A stretch of 53,611 nucleotides of DNA from Nitrospirota bacterium (GCA_016217695.1 JACRHE010000089.1:1-53611); one strand, 5' to 3'; shown: positions 9,522 to 19,754, counted from the first letter of the stretch. Translations and numbers: made by a program. The notes: generated by a model not told the origin, from the sequence alone.

Positions 9522-10722
9522 GAAACCGTCAGATCCGAAAAAGTGGCACCCGTCCACCCTGGCCATCCACGGACTCGGCCGCGTTCCGCACGCCCATTAC
9601 GCGGTCTCCACCCCGATCGTCCATACCTCTAACTATTATTTCGACACGGCTGACGAGGTTGAGGAATTCATGCGCGCCAAGGGCCAGGGCAAGGTGATCC
9701 GCGAGCACGAGTACGCCCGCTACGGCAACCCCACCCAGCAGGAGACTGAGCGCAAACTCGCCGCGATAGAAGGGGCCGAACGCGCAGTGCTTTATTCCTC
9801 AGGCATGGCATCGGTCCTCCTGGTCATCATGACCTTCATGAAGCGCGAAGGCCACATCATCTTCACCGGAGACTGTTATCGTCAGACAAGGGACTTTGCC
9901 GTTAATTTCCTCGGCAAGTTCGGCATCGAATATTCAATCGTTGACCCTACGGCCGAGGCTATTGAGCAGGCCATAAAACCGAATACGAACATCATCTTCA
10001 CGGAGTCTCCGACCAACCCTTATCTGCGGGTGCTCGATATCCCGGCGATAGTTAAGGTCGCCAGGGAGCGCAATATCATGACCATCATCGACGCCACTCT
10101 TGCCACACCCTTTAATATCAAGCCTGTTGAGCTCGGCGTTGACGTTGTAATACATTCGGCGACAAAATACCTTGGCGGTCACAACGACCTTATGGCAGGC
10201 GTGGCCCTCGGCTCCTCAGCCCTGATGACCGACCTGTACAAGATGCAGAGGATGATCGGCGCAACTCCCGGCCCTCTCACCTGCTTTCTGCTCGAACGGG
10301 GGCTCAAGACCTTCGGCATGCGCATGGAGCACCATAACAGGGCCGGCCTTGCTGTCGCGCAGATGCTCGAGGCTCACCCCAAGATAGAGAAGGTATGGTA
10401 TCCGGGACTGCCCTCTCACCCGGATCACAAGACCGCAACTGAGCAGATGAAGGGCTTCGGCAGCGTCATAAGCTTCCTGGTCAAAGGCGGCAACACAGAG
10501 ACAAGGAAATTCATCGACGCACTGGAACTCTTCCTGATCACTCCGAGCCTCGGCGGAAGCGAGAGCCTTGTCACCCAGATGTGGGCCATGTCCTTCTTCG
10601 ACTATCCGGAGGAGTATCGCAAAAACATAGGCATGGTCGACAACCTTGTAAGGCTCGCCCTCGGGCTTGAAGATGTGGACGACCTGATAACAGACCTGAA
10701 GCAGGCCCTGGACCAGATCTGA
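9514..10722 (+). CDS. Cys/Met-metabolism PLP-dependent enzyme (cystathionine gamma-synthase/beta-lyase family)
   Basis: [19 protein letters not shown]-lysine motif, 402 aa. The start overlaps the thrC stop by 8 nt. Confidence 0.85.
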   Translation: MSKKPSDPKKWHPSTLAIHGLGRVPHAHYAVSTPIVHTSNYYFDTADEVEEFMRAKGQGKVIREHEYARYGNPTQQETERKLAAIEGAERAVLYSSGMASVLLVIMTFMKREGHIIFTGDCYRQTRDFAVNFLGKFGIEYSIVDPTAEAIEQAIKPNTNIIFTESPTNPYLRVLDIPAIVKVARERNIMTIIDATLATPFNIKPVELGVDVVIHSATKYLGGHNDLMAGVALGSSALMTDLYKMQRMIGATPGPLTCFLLERGLKTFGMRMEHHNRAGLAVAQMLEAHPKIEKVWYPGLPSHPDHKTATEQMKGFGSVISFLVKGGNTETRKFIDALELFLITPSLGGSESLVTQMWAMSFFDYPEEYRKNIGMVDNLVRLALGLEDVDDLITDLKQALDQI

Positions 10723-10850
10723 GGCAATATTTCCCGGTCAGGCGCTCCGATCGTCCGGCCGGTCCTTTACCCCTGTCAGCAGACATGCTTCGGTATTTCC
10801 ATCATATCAAGGAGGGCCTTCACCCATCCCCTGCATTCGCATTTCAGTTC

Positions 10851-10859
10851 TGGTATAAT
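10851..10859 (+). promoter_or_regulatory. extended -10 promoter (TGgTATAAT) for the OmpA-family gene
   Basis: TGGTATAAT lies 21 nt upstream of ATG 10880, followed by RBS GAAGGAGG. Confidence 0.45.
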
Positions 10860-10879
10860 GGCGAAGGAGGATAGATAAG

Positions 10880-12079
10880 ATGTCCCGGTCAAGAAGCCTT
10901 TTCGCTGTCGCCGTGCTTCTGGCGTTCTGCTCGTCCCTGTGTGGTTGCGCAGGTCTGACATCCAGACGCGACTCAGGGATGGACACCGATGCGGTGATAG
11001 GCGGCGTTGCGGGTGCGCTCATAGGCGGGCTTGCCGGCGCTCTCAACTCCAGCCCGCAGCTGGCGGTTGCCGGGGGATTGTTCGGCGCGCTGGTAGGGTC
11101 GTACATTAACAGGCACAACGATACCAGGACTGCAGGCCCTGCAACCTACGGCACAGCTTCCCAGAAAAAAACCGCTGACAAGGACCCCTACTATTCAACA
11201 AGTGCCTCTCCGTCCCCTCCGGGTTCCGCTTCACCGGCGCAGAGCGGGGAGGCTTCCGCAATGCAGGCCGGGGCCGCGGCAGGCCAGACCGGGGATGCGA
11301 CCGGAGGCGGCACGCAGTTCTCTCTGTTCCCATCGATCTCCTTGTCGCCATCTTCATATGCTGCGGGCGTAGCGCGGACAGAAATGCAGTCGGCGGCGAC
11401 CGGTCCTGAATCTGAATCCGTCTTTTCCAGCCCACCTAAAGCGCCGGAGGCAATGCCAGCTGATACCGGAGGGCCTGTTGTCACGCCTCCACGGCCTGTT
11501 GAGACAAGCACGCCTGAAATTACGGTCGAGAAGGACGAGCTTGACAGGGGTCTCTCATTCGGGCCTGTTATGGAAGACTCGGAATATCAGCCGCTTTCGG
11601 ATAATCCTGAGCAGCCGGTGCAGATGGATCCGGAGATACCCTCGATCTTTGATCTTGTCTTCGGCTCTGATGAGAACGATTCGGAGCAGCGTTTCGAGGA
11701 CATCTTCTTTGAGTTCGAAAAGGCGTCGCTGACGCGGTCTTCTCGCGAGGCGCTGGATAGAAATATCAGAATTCTGAAAAAGAATCGCGATATGAAGGTC
11801 CTGATAGAAAGCCATGTAGGCTGGGACGAGGAGACGGAATTCATCCTGGGACTCGCCCTCAGCGAAAGAAGAGCCCGGCTCGTAAAGGACTATATCGTTA
11901 TGACAGGGATCTCAGGTGAGCGGCTCAGTACCACGAGCTACGGCCGGGCGCTGCCGGCGGTGACGGACTCCACTGAAGACCTCGGGAAAAATGCGCCGGG
12001 GTCGCGGATGAACAGAAAGGTTCATTTCGAGCCTGAATTGCCGGTGGATCAGATCTTCTGGCAGGGCCTGTTCAGATAA
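10880..12079 (+). CDS. OmpA/Pal-family peptidoglycan-binding lipoprotein with glycine-zipper and long disordered linker
   Basis: Lipobox SLCGC. Gly-zipper GGVAGALIGGLAGAL. Pro/Ser/Ala-rich middle. C-terminal OmpA domain (FEFEKASL...GLALSERRARLVKDYI...TSYGRALP). Confidence 0.8.
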   Translation: MSRSRSLFAVAVLLAFCSSLCGCAGLTSRRDSGMDTDAVIGGVAGALIGGLAGALNSSPQLAVAGGLFGALVGSYINRHNDTRTAGPATYGTASQKKTADKDPYYSTSASPSPPGSASPAQSGEASAMQAGAAAGQTGDATGGGTQFSLFPSISLSPSSYAAGVARTEMQSAATGPESESVFSSPPKAPEAMPADTGGPVVTPPRPVETSTPEITVEKDELDRGLSFGPVMEDSEYQPLSDNPEQPVQMDPEIPSIFDLVFGSDENDSEQRFEDIFFEFEKASLTRSSREALDRNIRILKKNRDMKVLIESHVGWDEETEFILGLALSERRARLVKDYIVMTGISGERLSTTSYGRALPAVTDSTEDLGKNAPGSRMNRKVHFEPELPVDQIFWQGLFR

Positions 12080-12156
12080 AGGCCCGGGATTATGCCTATG
12101 ATATCTCCAAGAGCTGACTGCTGAGAGACAGCCACTCAACAAAGAGCAAGAAACGT

Positions 12157-13359
12157 TCATGACCTGCTCCCGGCAAACTGGGGCTGCATGTTTGAGTATA
12201 AAATATGATGCCTCAGTTTCTTGATAGCCTGCACCTCTATCTGCCTGATCCGCTCCCTCGTGACTCCAAACTCCCGTGCGAGTTCGCCCAAGGTCTGAGC
12301 ATCTTCGCCGATGCCGAATCTGGACCTCAGAATCTTCGCCTCTTTTGTCTTGAGTCTTCCAAGGGCCACACAGACCTTCTTCCTCAGATCGTCGTCAATC
12401 ACTGCATCAAGGGGCGAGGGAACCGACCTGTCTTCGATGAAGTCGCCGAAATTGACTGTTTCATCGCCTACAGGCTCATCAAGGGATATCGGTTCTCTCG
12501 ACATTTCGAGGAGCATCCTGACCTTCTCCGGAGACAACTTCACGCGCGCCGCTATATCCTCACAGGATGGCTCGTCTCCTGCTTCCTGTGCAAGTTCCCT
12601 CGCAGTTTTTATTATCTTGATCACGTGCCCTACAGTATGGACCGGAAAGCGTATCATCCTTGAGTTATTAGAGAGCGCCCTGGTAATCGACTGTTTGATC
12701 CACCACATGGCATAGGTACTGAACTTGTATCCCCTGTACGGGTCAAACAGTTCGGCGGCCCTCATTAAGCCTATATTGCCTTCCTGAATAATGTCTGAAA
12801 AGCCTAAGCCCCTGATGCCAGCGTACCTTCTGGCAGCGCTCACCACAAGCCTGAGATTGGCCCTCACGAGGATGCCTCTGGCATTGCCGACCTCTTCCCT
12901 TGCGGCTGAATATGTCCGCAGAGCACGCCTTATTTCTTCGACGCCGCCCTGTAAATGCCGCGTCTTCCCATGAATGTCTCTGTCTGCCGTTCCCTCTGTT
13001 GCGGCGAGGGATTTCCTGATCTCTTCATAAATCCTGCAGACAAAGCCTTCCTTGAGATCAAGCGATGAGACGATCTCAAGAATTTTTTCCTGGCAGCGCC
13101 TGGAACACCTCGAACCTCGCATTGACGCAATATCTCCAATAGCGGCAAAAAACCTCTCCCCCTCATCCCCGGCAGCATCTTCCGAAAGATATTCGGCTCC
13201 CACAACCTCGGCAAGAGAAATCCTGCCGTCCCTAGCCATCTCCGCATGTAGAATCAGCCTGTCTACCGCTGCCGGAAGAGAGAAGATTGCCTTTACAGCC
13301 TTCTTTTTTGCCCTCTCTATCCGCCTGCCGACTTCGATTTCGTCGTCTTTTTTCAGCAT
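12157..13359 (-). CDS. RNA polymerase sigma-70 family factor (group 1/2, RpoD/RpoS-like), N-terminus problematic
   Basis: Region 2 [38 protein letters not shown], plus region 3 and region 4.2 ([19 protein letters not shown]). Conserved region 1.2 continues upstream of the ATG into 13360..13404 (see findings). Confidence 0.9.
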   Translation of the reverse strand: MLKKDDEIEVGRRIERAKKKAVKAIFSLPAAVDRLILHAEMARDGRISLAEVVGAEYLSEDAAGDEGERFFAAIGDIASMRGSRCSRRCQEKILEIVSSLDLKEGFVCRIYEEIRKSLAATEGTADRDIHGKTRHLQGGVEEIRRALRTYSAAREEVGNARGILVRANLRLVVSAARRYAGIRGLGFSDIIQEGNIGLMRAAELFDPYRGYKFSTYAMWWIKQSITRALSNNSRMIRFPVHTVGHVIKIIKTARELAQEAGDEPSCEDIAARVKLSPEKVRMLLEMSREPISLDEPVGDETVNFGDFIEDRSVPSPLDAVIDDDLRKKVCVALGRLKTKEAKILRSRFGIGEDAQTLGELAREFGVTRERIRQIEVQAIKKLRHHILYSNMQPQFAGSRS

Positions 13360-13404
13360 CGGGATGGAGTTTATCTCCCTGAGATAGAGGGATACAGGGT
13401 CGTT

Positions 13405-13566
13405 TTAATCTTCTGCCGCAGGGCCCTGGTTCTCTTTCCATTCTTCCTTCCCCTGCCTGGCATGATCATCCCAGGATTCTATCTCCCTCTTTGCAGATTC
13501 CGGCTCCATAAATCCGGTGGCAGCCCTCTCTCCGTATTTCTCAAAACAACCGATATTTCCGCTCAT
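13405..13566 (-). CDS. small acidic ORF, in frame with and probably the detached N-terminus of the sigma factor
   Basis: Strong RBS GGGAGG 6 nt upstream of ATG 13566. It ends at TAA 13405..13407, in the same frame as the sigma ORF. Confidence 0.4.
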   Translation of the reverse strand: MSGNIGCFEKYGERAATGFMEPESAKREIESWDDHARQGKEEWKENQGPAAED

Positions 13567-13757
13567 CGTGCACCTCCCAATAAATAAGCCAATAATTTCC
13601 AAGAGCAAAATGGAATTGGCCTGCAGTTTGTTCTTTAAAGATACCGGAAGGTCGCTGCGAAGAAAATCAGCAAAGGGAGCTTTTTTTGTAAAACTATTCC
13701 CGCGGCCTTGTAAGGTTTCCCTTAGGCGCGGGACGGGGAGATGATAATAACCCGGGC

Positions 13758-14393
13758 CTAATCCACGAGTCCGTTTTTCAGCGCGTACTGGATTAATTCG
13801 GCGTTGCTCTTCATTTTCATCTTCTGGAGAACACGGGTCCGGAAGGTACTGATCGTCTTAGGGCTGAGAGATTTTTCCGCTGCGATCTCTTTCAGGGATT
13901 TGCCTGCTACTATCATGAGCATCACCTCGTATTCCCTGTTGGACAGGCCTTCATGGGCAGGTCTTTCCCTGTCCTCCACCAGGCTTACCGCCAGAAAATC
14001 CGCAAGTGACGGGCTTATATACCGTTCACCCCTGGAAATTTTCTTTATAGCTGTCATCAATTCATCCGGAGCGCTCTTCTTTGTCAAATACCCGGAGGCG
14101 CCGGCCTTAAGAGCCCTGATGGCATACTCCTCCTCGGGATAGATGCTCAGGATAAGAACGGGGAGCTCGGGAGAAAATCTTTTTAATTCATCCAGGGTCT
14201 CAAGGCCGCTCATTCCCGGCATCGAGATATCCAGAAGGACCATGTCAAATTTGCCATTTTTTACTTTCTCAAGGGCTTCCTGACCGGTGCCTGCCTCGTC
14301 AACGCTCAATACAGCATGGTTCTCCTCAAGGATCTGCCTGAGTCCCCTTCGCACAATAGGATGATCGTCAGCAATAAGAATTCTATACATCAC
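13758..14393 (-). CDS. NarL/FixJ-family response regulator (REC + LuxR HTH)
   Basis: ILIADDHPIVR...LLDISMPGMSG receiver domain. C-terminal LSNREYEVMLMIVAGKSLKEIAAEKSLSPKTISTFR HTH. Confidence 0.9.
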   Translation of the reverse strand: MMYRILIADDHPIVRRGLRQILEENHAVLSVDEAGTGQEALEKVKNGKFDMVLLDISMPGMSGLETLDELKRFSPELPVLILSIYPEEEYAIRALKAGASGYLTKKSAPDELMTAIKKISRGERYISPSLADFLAVSLVEDRERPAHEGLSNREYEVMLMIVAGKSLKEIAAEKSLSPKTISTFRTRVLQKMKMKSNAELIQYALKNGLVD

Positions 14394-16578
14394 TGTCTCC
14401 TTTGTCTAAAGGCACTTCGATTTTAACGGTAGTCCCTTTATTTTTGATACCTTCGATGGTGACTGTCCCTCCTATATCACGTACCCTTTCCCGTATGCCC
14501 ATTATACCAAATGAATTCTTCCCGAAGATCTTCTGCCTTGCGATCCCCTTTCCATTATCTCTGATCCGGAAGACAAGGGTATCGTCAACGATGTCCAGAT
14601 GTACGGAAACTTTCTTGGCCCCGGCGTGACGGGCGACATTGGTAAGCGCTTCCTGGAATATGCGGAAAAGCGCCGTTGAAACGACATCCGGCAACTTTGT
14701 ACCATCGCGAGGAATTTTAAGAACGCAGCTGATGCCCGACCGCTCGGAAAATTTCTTTGCCTCCCATCTTATCGCTGCCCAAAGGCCGAGGTGGTCGAGC
14801 ACCCTCGGCCTTAACTCAGAACAGATTCTCTGAATATCCTGAACCGCAATGTCTATAAGCTCTGAGACTGTCATCAGCTTGTCGGAGACAGATTTATGCA
14901 CGGAGTCCTTTCGCTTGATCATTGATAATTCGATGCTGGCAGCTGTCAGAATCTGGCCGAGTTCATCGTGGATGTCGCGGGCGACCTTTGTTCTCTCTTC
15001 CTCTCTCGCAGCCTGCAGATGCATAGAGAGATCGCGCAGCTGCTCACGGGAGGCCATGAGCGCCTCCTCGATGTAAAACCTGTAGAGGGCCTCTCCTATC
15101 AGGGGTGTCAGGGACTCTATAAACTCGATGTTTTTGAGTGAGACCTTGCCTTCCTTTTTATCCGCAAGATGGATCGCCCCGAGCATCCTCTCACGGTAGC
15201 GGATGGGAATAATCGCCAGAGATCTGAATCCGTGATGTGAGCAGGCTCTGCGATACCGACCCTCCTCCTCCTTAATTTCGGGAAAAAACCGGGACGCGTC
15301 ACTACAGCAGAACGAGCCGCCAGGGGTCAGAAAGGGCTCGTCCCTGACCTCCCTTTTCTCACCGATTACCCTGATGCAGAGGCACTGGTCTTTTTTTACT
15401 GAAAGAGAATTCTCCCTTTCCCAAAATTCCTTACTGAAGCCCGCATAAGCGCTGTAAGGGATGTTTCCCTCCTCATCAATCAGGCGGATGCCGGCACACT
15501 CGCAGCCGGACCACTTCCGGAGAAGCCCGACAAGCTCTTGGAGATATTCCCTGCGTGACAATGTCCGCGAAAACAGCTTCAGCAGTTCATTGGTCTCCAT
15601 GATATGCCGCTCCGTCTCTTTGCGCTCAGCTATTTCCTTTTCCAATGCATTAAAGCTTTTTATCAGGTCCGCTGTCCGCTCCTCAACACGGATTTCCAGC
15701 TCTTCTTTGGACCTGCGCAGTTCCTCCTCGACCTGCTTGCGCTTGGTGATGTCCTGGGTAGTTCCGAAACCGCCGCGCAGCTTGCCCTGATTGTCGAATT
15801 CCAGCTCAGCCCGCTCTCGCACCCACTTCACGACTCCGTCTGCTATGATGCGGTGCTCGATGTCATAAGGCTCGCCGCGCAGGGCCGCCATCCACTTCCG
15901 GTCGACATACCCCCGGTCCTCAGGGTGAACGGTAGAAAGAAAAGTCTCATATGTCAGGGGTGTGCCCATGGGAACGCCAAAGATACGCCAGTTCTCGTCG
16001 GACCAGAGTAATTCATTGCGGCGCACATCCAAACGCCAGCTCCCGATTTGACCCACTGCCTGGGCGCGGTTGAGATCGGTCTGGCTTTGGCGCAGAACCT
16101 GCTCTGCCTGCTTGCGCTCGGTGATGTCACGGGCAATGGCCATAATCGACCTGACAGATCCGTCAGAGCCAAAAAGCGGCACTGAGCGCCAATGGTAATA
16201 GCGAAGTCCGTCCGGTGAGGGGAAGATGAATTCTCCCAGACGCTCGCGGCCGCTGTCCCTTGTCTGCTGCAACAACCGCTCCAGTTGCTCAGCAGCCTCT
16301 GCAGGCAAACCCATATCCCGGATGGTCTCTCCAATAAACTTTTCCTGAGGTATACCCGTTGCGCGTGAAATAGAGGGATTCACATATATATGGCGAAGTT
16401 CGCGATCGTGAAGAGCGATACAATCAGGACTGTTTTCAGTAAGAACACGGAACTCGTGCTCGCCCTGAAGGAAAAGGGACGCGGGACTGACAGGCTCTTC
16501 GAGATGCTTGCGGGAGCTCTTTCGGACAGGCATCTTCTGCCCCTTAGAGGTTTTTATTATACTTTTCTTTTCAGCCAC
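14383..16578 (-). CDS. cytoplasmic PAS-PAS-GAF sensor histidine kinase (HisKA_3 type)
   Basis: No TM segments, repeated PAS modules, H-box DIHDELGQILT, HATPase boxes EALTNVARHA and DNGKGI. It overlaps the response-regulator start by 11 nt. Confidence 0.9.
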   Translation of the reverse strand: MAEKKSIIKTSKGQKMPVRKSSRKHLEEPVSPASLFLQGEHEFRVLTENSPDCIALHDRELRHIYVNPSISRATGIPQEKFIGETIRDMGLPAEAAEQLERLLQQTRDSGRERLGEFIFPSPDGLRYYHWRSVPLFGSDGSVRSIMAIARDITERKQAEQVLRQSQTDLNRAQAVGQIGSWRLDVRRNELLWSDENWRIFGVPMGTPLTYETFLSTVHPEDRGYVDRKWMAALRGEPYDIEHRIIADGVVKWVRERAELEFDNQGKLRGGFGTTQDITKRKQVEEELRRSKEELEIRVEERTADLIKSFNALEKEIAERKETERHIMETNELLKLFSRTLSRREYLQELVGLLRKWSGCECAGIRLIDEEGNIPYSAYAGFSKEFWERENSLSVKKDQCLCIRVIGEKREVRDEPFLTPGGSFCCSDASRFFPEIKEEEGRYRRACSHHGFRSLAIIPIRYRERMLGAIHLADKKEGKVSLKNIEFIESLTPLIGEALYRFYIEEALMASREQLRDLSMHLQAAREEERTKVARDIHDELGQILTAASIELSMIKRKDSVHKSVSDKLMTVSELIDIAVQDIQRICSELRPRVLDHLGLWAAIRWEAKKFSERSGISCVLKIPRDGTKLPDVVSTALFRIFQEALTNVARHAGAKKVSVHLDIVDDTLVFRIRDNGKGIARQKIFGKNSFGIMGIRERVRDIGGTVTIEGIKNKGTTVKIEVPLDKGDSDV

Positions 16579-16878
16579 GGCTCTTTACAGTACTTTTCAG
16601 CTTTCTCAGAAAAACATTGCTGCATTCTGATCAGAAACAGGAGTTGTTGACTAATACGTATTTATTTTAATACATCATGTTATCAAAAATTAAACTATTT
16701 GGCGACGATTATATCGACTAAAAATGCGCTGTCGGATAATGCTGACACGGAGCTTCTCAGACACTGACGAAAAAAACATCCGGGTCTTATTGAATAACCG
16801 CTCTGCATGTCTCAAAATATTAATGAGCCCATTCTTAGAGTTAAAGGCGCATGTGAAAATATGTTAAAAGGAGAGCAG

Positions 16879-17085
16879 ATGACCAGCCTTCGTGAAGAAA
16901 TAGAAAAGATTGCCTTTGAACTCTATCAGAAAAGCGGAAAGGGCAATGGCCATGATCTGGATAACTGGCTCGAGGCGGAACGCCTTGTTCTGGCATGGCA
17001 TGAACAGCAAAAGGCGGAGAAACGCCTTTACCCTGATAAGGTAAAGGCAGGCGACGGAAATGTCAGGTCAAAAGGCGCCCGATAA
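16879..17085 (+). CDS. DUF2934-like small protein
   Basis: The IAFELYQKSGKGNGHDLDNWLEAERL motif is typical of DUF2934. RBS AAGGAGAG precedes ATG 16879 (the ORF is open from 16807). Confidence 0.6.
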   Translation: MTSLREEIEKIAFELYQKSGKGNGHDLDNWLEAERLVLAWHEQQKAEKRLYPDKVKAGDGNVRSKGAR

Positions 17086-17124
17086 GGATGAACATCCCGG
17101 CTTATTTATAAAAAGGGGACGGAC

Positions 17125-17547
17125 ATGGATACAAGAGAATATTTCGAACTATTCAGATATCTGATGGAGCAGTACTGTCTGCGGCAGGAGGACGTGCTCT
17201 TTGTAGAAAATATAGCCGCCTGGTGCAGGGAGCAGGGCTTGCCGGAACCCGATAAGGAAAGGCCAATGAGGCTGGTGCTGAAGACTCCTGTGGGATGCCG
17301 GCTGTTGATAAGGGAATATATACCGGATAAGATTATCGGGCAGAGGATGAATGCCCTCAGGATCAGAAGCCAGCTCAAGAGCGTGGCCACTGATATGGCT
17401 GACAGGCTAAACTCCGGAAGAAAAGAACTCGCCTACCTGTTCCTGAGCGAGTATGCCGCTACCCTCCCGGAAATAGGCGATGACGAACTTCTGGCTGATG
17501 ACTGGGCATTTAAGGAGATGGAAAGACTCGGATTTTTCCGAAGTTAA
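17125..17547 (+). CDS. hypothetical protein
   Basis: 140-aa ORF with protein-like composition and a weak RBS AGGGGA. No domain recognised. Confidence 0.5.
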   Translation: MDTREYFELFRYLMEQYCLRQEDVLFVENIAAWCREQGLPEPDKERPMRLVLKTPVGCRLLIREYIPDKIIGQRMNALRIRSQLKSVATDMADRLNSGRKELAYLFLSEYAATLPEIGDDELLADDWAFKEMERLGFFRS

Positions 17548-17569
17548 TAAACTCAGAAGGAGGTTTAAG

Positions 17570-17749
17570 ATGGAAAAGGTACTGAGATGCAGGGACATCG
17601 GTGTTGATTGTGACTTTGAGGCAAAGGGAAAGACCGAAGATGAGGTACTAAAAAAGGCCAAGGAGCATGCAAAATCAGGCCATGGCATCAAGAGGGTCAC
17701 AGAGGACTACCTGAAAAGCTGGCGCAAGCATATTCACAATGCGTCATAG
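17570..17749 (+). CDS. DUF1059 small metal-binding protein
   Basis: MEKVLRCRDIGVDCDFEAKGKTEDEVLKKAKEHAKSGHG matches the DUF1059 pattern. RBS AGGAGG. Confidence 0.65.
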   Translation: MEKVLRCRDIGVDCDFEAKGKTEDEVLKKAKEHAKSGHGIKRVTEDYLKSWRKHIHNAS

Positions 17750-17803
17750 AACCTCTCAAAAGGCCTTCACTGCTGCTGCTCAGTGAAGAATAAAGGAGCT
17801 GAA

Positions 17804-18316
17804 ATGGCCAGAACAGGAATTGTAACTGTAAAGGGAAATCCGCTCACATTACTGGGACCGGCCCTGAGGGTCGGGGATAAGGCCCCTGATTTCACTGTCC
17901 TCGACGGCGAGCTGAAGGAAAAAAGTCCTGGAGATTTTTCCGGCAAGGTTAAGGTCATCAGCGTGACCCCGTCCCTTGATACTCCTGTCTGCGACCTGCA
18001 GGCAAGAAGATTTAATGAGGAGGCTGCGAAGCTGCCGGAAGATGTCGTGATCCTCAATATCAGCATGGACCTTCCCTTTGCGATATCAAGGTTCTGCACA
18101 TCAGCAGGCATCGACAGGGTCCGGGCCTTCTCAGACCACAGGGATGCATCGTTCGGCAATAATTACGGCGTCCTGATCCGGGAATTGCGGCTGCTGGCGC
18201 GCTCGATCTTCATCATCGGCAAAGATGATGTCATAAGATATATCGAGATCGTGCCTGAACTCACTAACCAGCCGGATTATGAGAAAGCGCTTGAGGCGCT
18301 GAAAAAGACGGGCTAG
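17804..18316 (+). CDS. tpx: thiol peroxidase (atypical 2-Cys peroxiredoxin)
   Basis: VISVTPSLDTPVCDLQARRFNEEA peroxidatic Cys context and resolving Cys in FAISRFCT. RBS AAGGAG. Confidence 0.9.
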   Translation: MARTGIVTVKGNPLTLLGPALRVGDKAPDFTVLDGELKEKSPGDFSGKVKVISVTPSLDTPVCDLQARRFNEEAAKLPEDVVILNISMDLPFAISRFCTSAGIDRVRAFSDHRDASFGNNYGVLIRELRLLARSIFIIGKDDVIRYIEIVPELTNQPDYEKALEALKKTG

Positions 18317-18368
18317 CCGCAGGTCGGGAAGCGCGGCCAGTCACCCGCATAAAAAGGAGAATTCCGAC

Positions 18369-18650
18369 ATGTTATCAAAGATTCCGGTCGATACCGCAAT
18401 GAGCAGGATGAAGGATACGGACAAGGAGATACTCAGGGCCGCGATCATCGCGGAGCTTGACGCCGTCAACCTTTATGAGCAGATGGCAGCCGTGACGAAA
18501 AGCAGAGATATCAGAAAGATCCTGCTGGATGTTGCCCGGGAAGAAAAGACTCATGTGGGAGAATTCCAGGCACTTCTGCTGGAAATGGACAAGGAGCAGG
18601 CAAAGGAACTGGAAGAGGGGAAAAAAGAGGTTAAGGAAAAACTGAGATAA
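18369..18650 (+). CDS. two-helix ferritin-like protein of the encapsulated-ferritin (EncFtn) type
   Basis: AELDAVNLYEQM ... DVAREEKTHVGEF (E ... ExxH ferroxidase ligands). 93 aa. RBS AAGGAG. Confidence 0.6.
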   Translation: MLSKIPVDTAMSRMKDTDKEILRAAIIAELDAVNLYEQMAAVTKSRDIRKILLDVAREEKTHVGEFQALLLEMDKEQAKELEEGKKEVKEKLR

Positions 18651-18677
18651 AGAGGTTAATAATCGGGAGGTGCAGGA

Positions 18678-19148
18678 ATGACAAGCAGACAGGCAGAGGA
18701 AAACAACGACGAGCTTCTCCATATCATAAGCAAATGGAAAGCGTTGGAAGACAAGGCAATCGCAAGCGCATATGACTTACTGAGCAGGACGAGCAATCCC
18801 CTCGTGAGGATGATCATGGACCTTATAATGCATGATTCGGAGAAACATAAACTTGTGCAGCAGATGATCATCGACACCCTTACGAAAGAGGCGATCCATG
18901 TAAGTCCTGATGAACTCGAGGCCCTTTCAGAGGGGCTCAACAGTCATGTGGAGGCAGAGGAGGAGGCTATCAGCCTTGCGCAGGCCGCCCTGGGCAAGTG
19001 CAAACTCGTCTCGACCCATTTTCTTCTCTCGTTCCTCATCGCAGATGAGAAAAAGCATCACGCCCTGATGACCGGCCTGAATAACCTCAGGATGGCGTCA
19101 ATACCAACGTCAGCAGGCGTCCGCCTCAGGGAGACTGAAACCCCCTGA
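18678..19148 (+). CDS. ferritin-like four-helix protein (internal duplication of an EncFtn-like half)
   Basis: Two repeats: ALEDKAIASAYD...LIMHDSEKHKL and VEAEEEAISLAQ...LIADEKKHHAL. RBS GGGAGG. Confidence 0.5.
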   Translation: MTSRQAEENNDELLHIISKWKALEDKAIASAYDLLSRTSNPLVRMIMDLIMHDSEKHKLVQQMIIDTLTKEAIHVSPDELEALSEGLNSHVEAEEEAISLAQAALGKCKLVSTHFLLSFLIADEKKHHALMTGLNNLRMASIPTSAGVRLRETETP

Positions 19149-19225
19149 ACTTTTGCATTCGGCGTGACTTTTCCTTTAAATTCAGATGATAATTTAGACG
19201 CCTATTTCCTATAAGGGAGATTTTT

Positions 19226-19678
19226 ATGACGGATACCTCTGTCCTTTTGAGGTGCAGGTCCTGCATGACCGCCAACAGGGTTCCTGCAGCCAGGCTGACG
19301 GAAGGGCCGAGGTGCGGCAGATGCAAGGCCTTCCTTGAATTCTCTTCCAGGCCTGAGGAAATAACGGATTCGACTTTCGGCAAAGAAATCCTTGATTGGC
19401 CTGGCATCGTCGTCGTATTTTTCTGGGCCCCGTGGTGCGCTCACTGCAGGGGAATGTTCCCGATGCTGGAGGACCTCGCCAGACAGAAGGCCGGAATAAT
19501 AAAGGTTGGAATGATCAACATCGAACTGAACCAGCAGCTTGCCAGCCGCTATAATGTCATGTCTGTTCCAAAACTGGTGCTGTACCGTAACGGCAGAATA
19601 ATCGATGAGTTAAACGGAGCTGTTTCGGCTCTGCAGCTGGCGGAATGGACAGGGCATGCCCTGTCCCGGGCGGAATGA
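19226..19678 (+). CDS. trxC: thioredoxin with N-terminal zinc-finger (TrxC/Trx2-like)
   Basis: CRSC...CGRC zinc finger followed by WAPWCAHC active site. 150 aa. Confidence 0.9.
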   Translation: MTDTSVLLRCRSCMTANRVPAARLTEGPRCGRCKAFLEFSSRPEEITDSTFGKEILDWPGIVVVFFWAPWCAHCRGMFPMLEDLARQKAGIIKVGMINIELNQQLASRYNVMSVPKLVLYRNGRIIDELNGAVSALQLAEWTGHALSRAE

Positions 19679-19754
19679 TGATTTTATGCCCATACCCAGA
19701 CGGTAACAATGCGAGGGCCCGATGTTCTCATCCCAATTATCTTGAACGTCGGTA

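Noticed and set aside
11150-11620. Pro/Ser/Ala/Gly-rich low-complexity stretch that looked like a possible tandem repeat or foreign insert.
   Set aside because: No exact nucleotide periodicity. It sits in frame between the lipoprotein/Gly-zipper N-terminus and the OmpA domain, which is typical of a disordered periplasmic linker.
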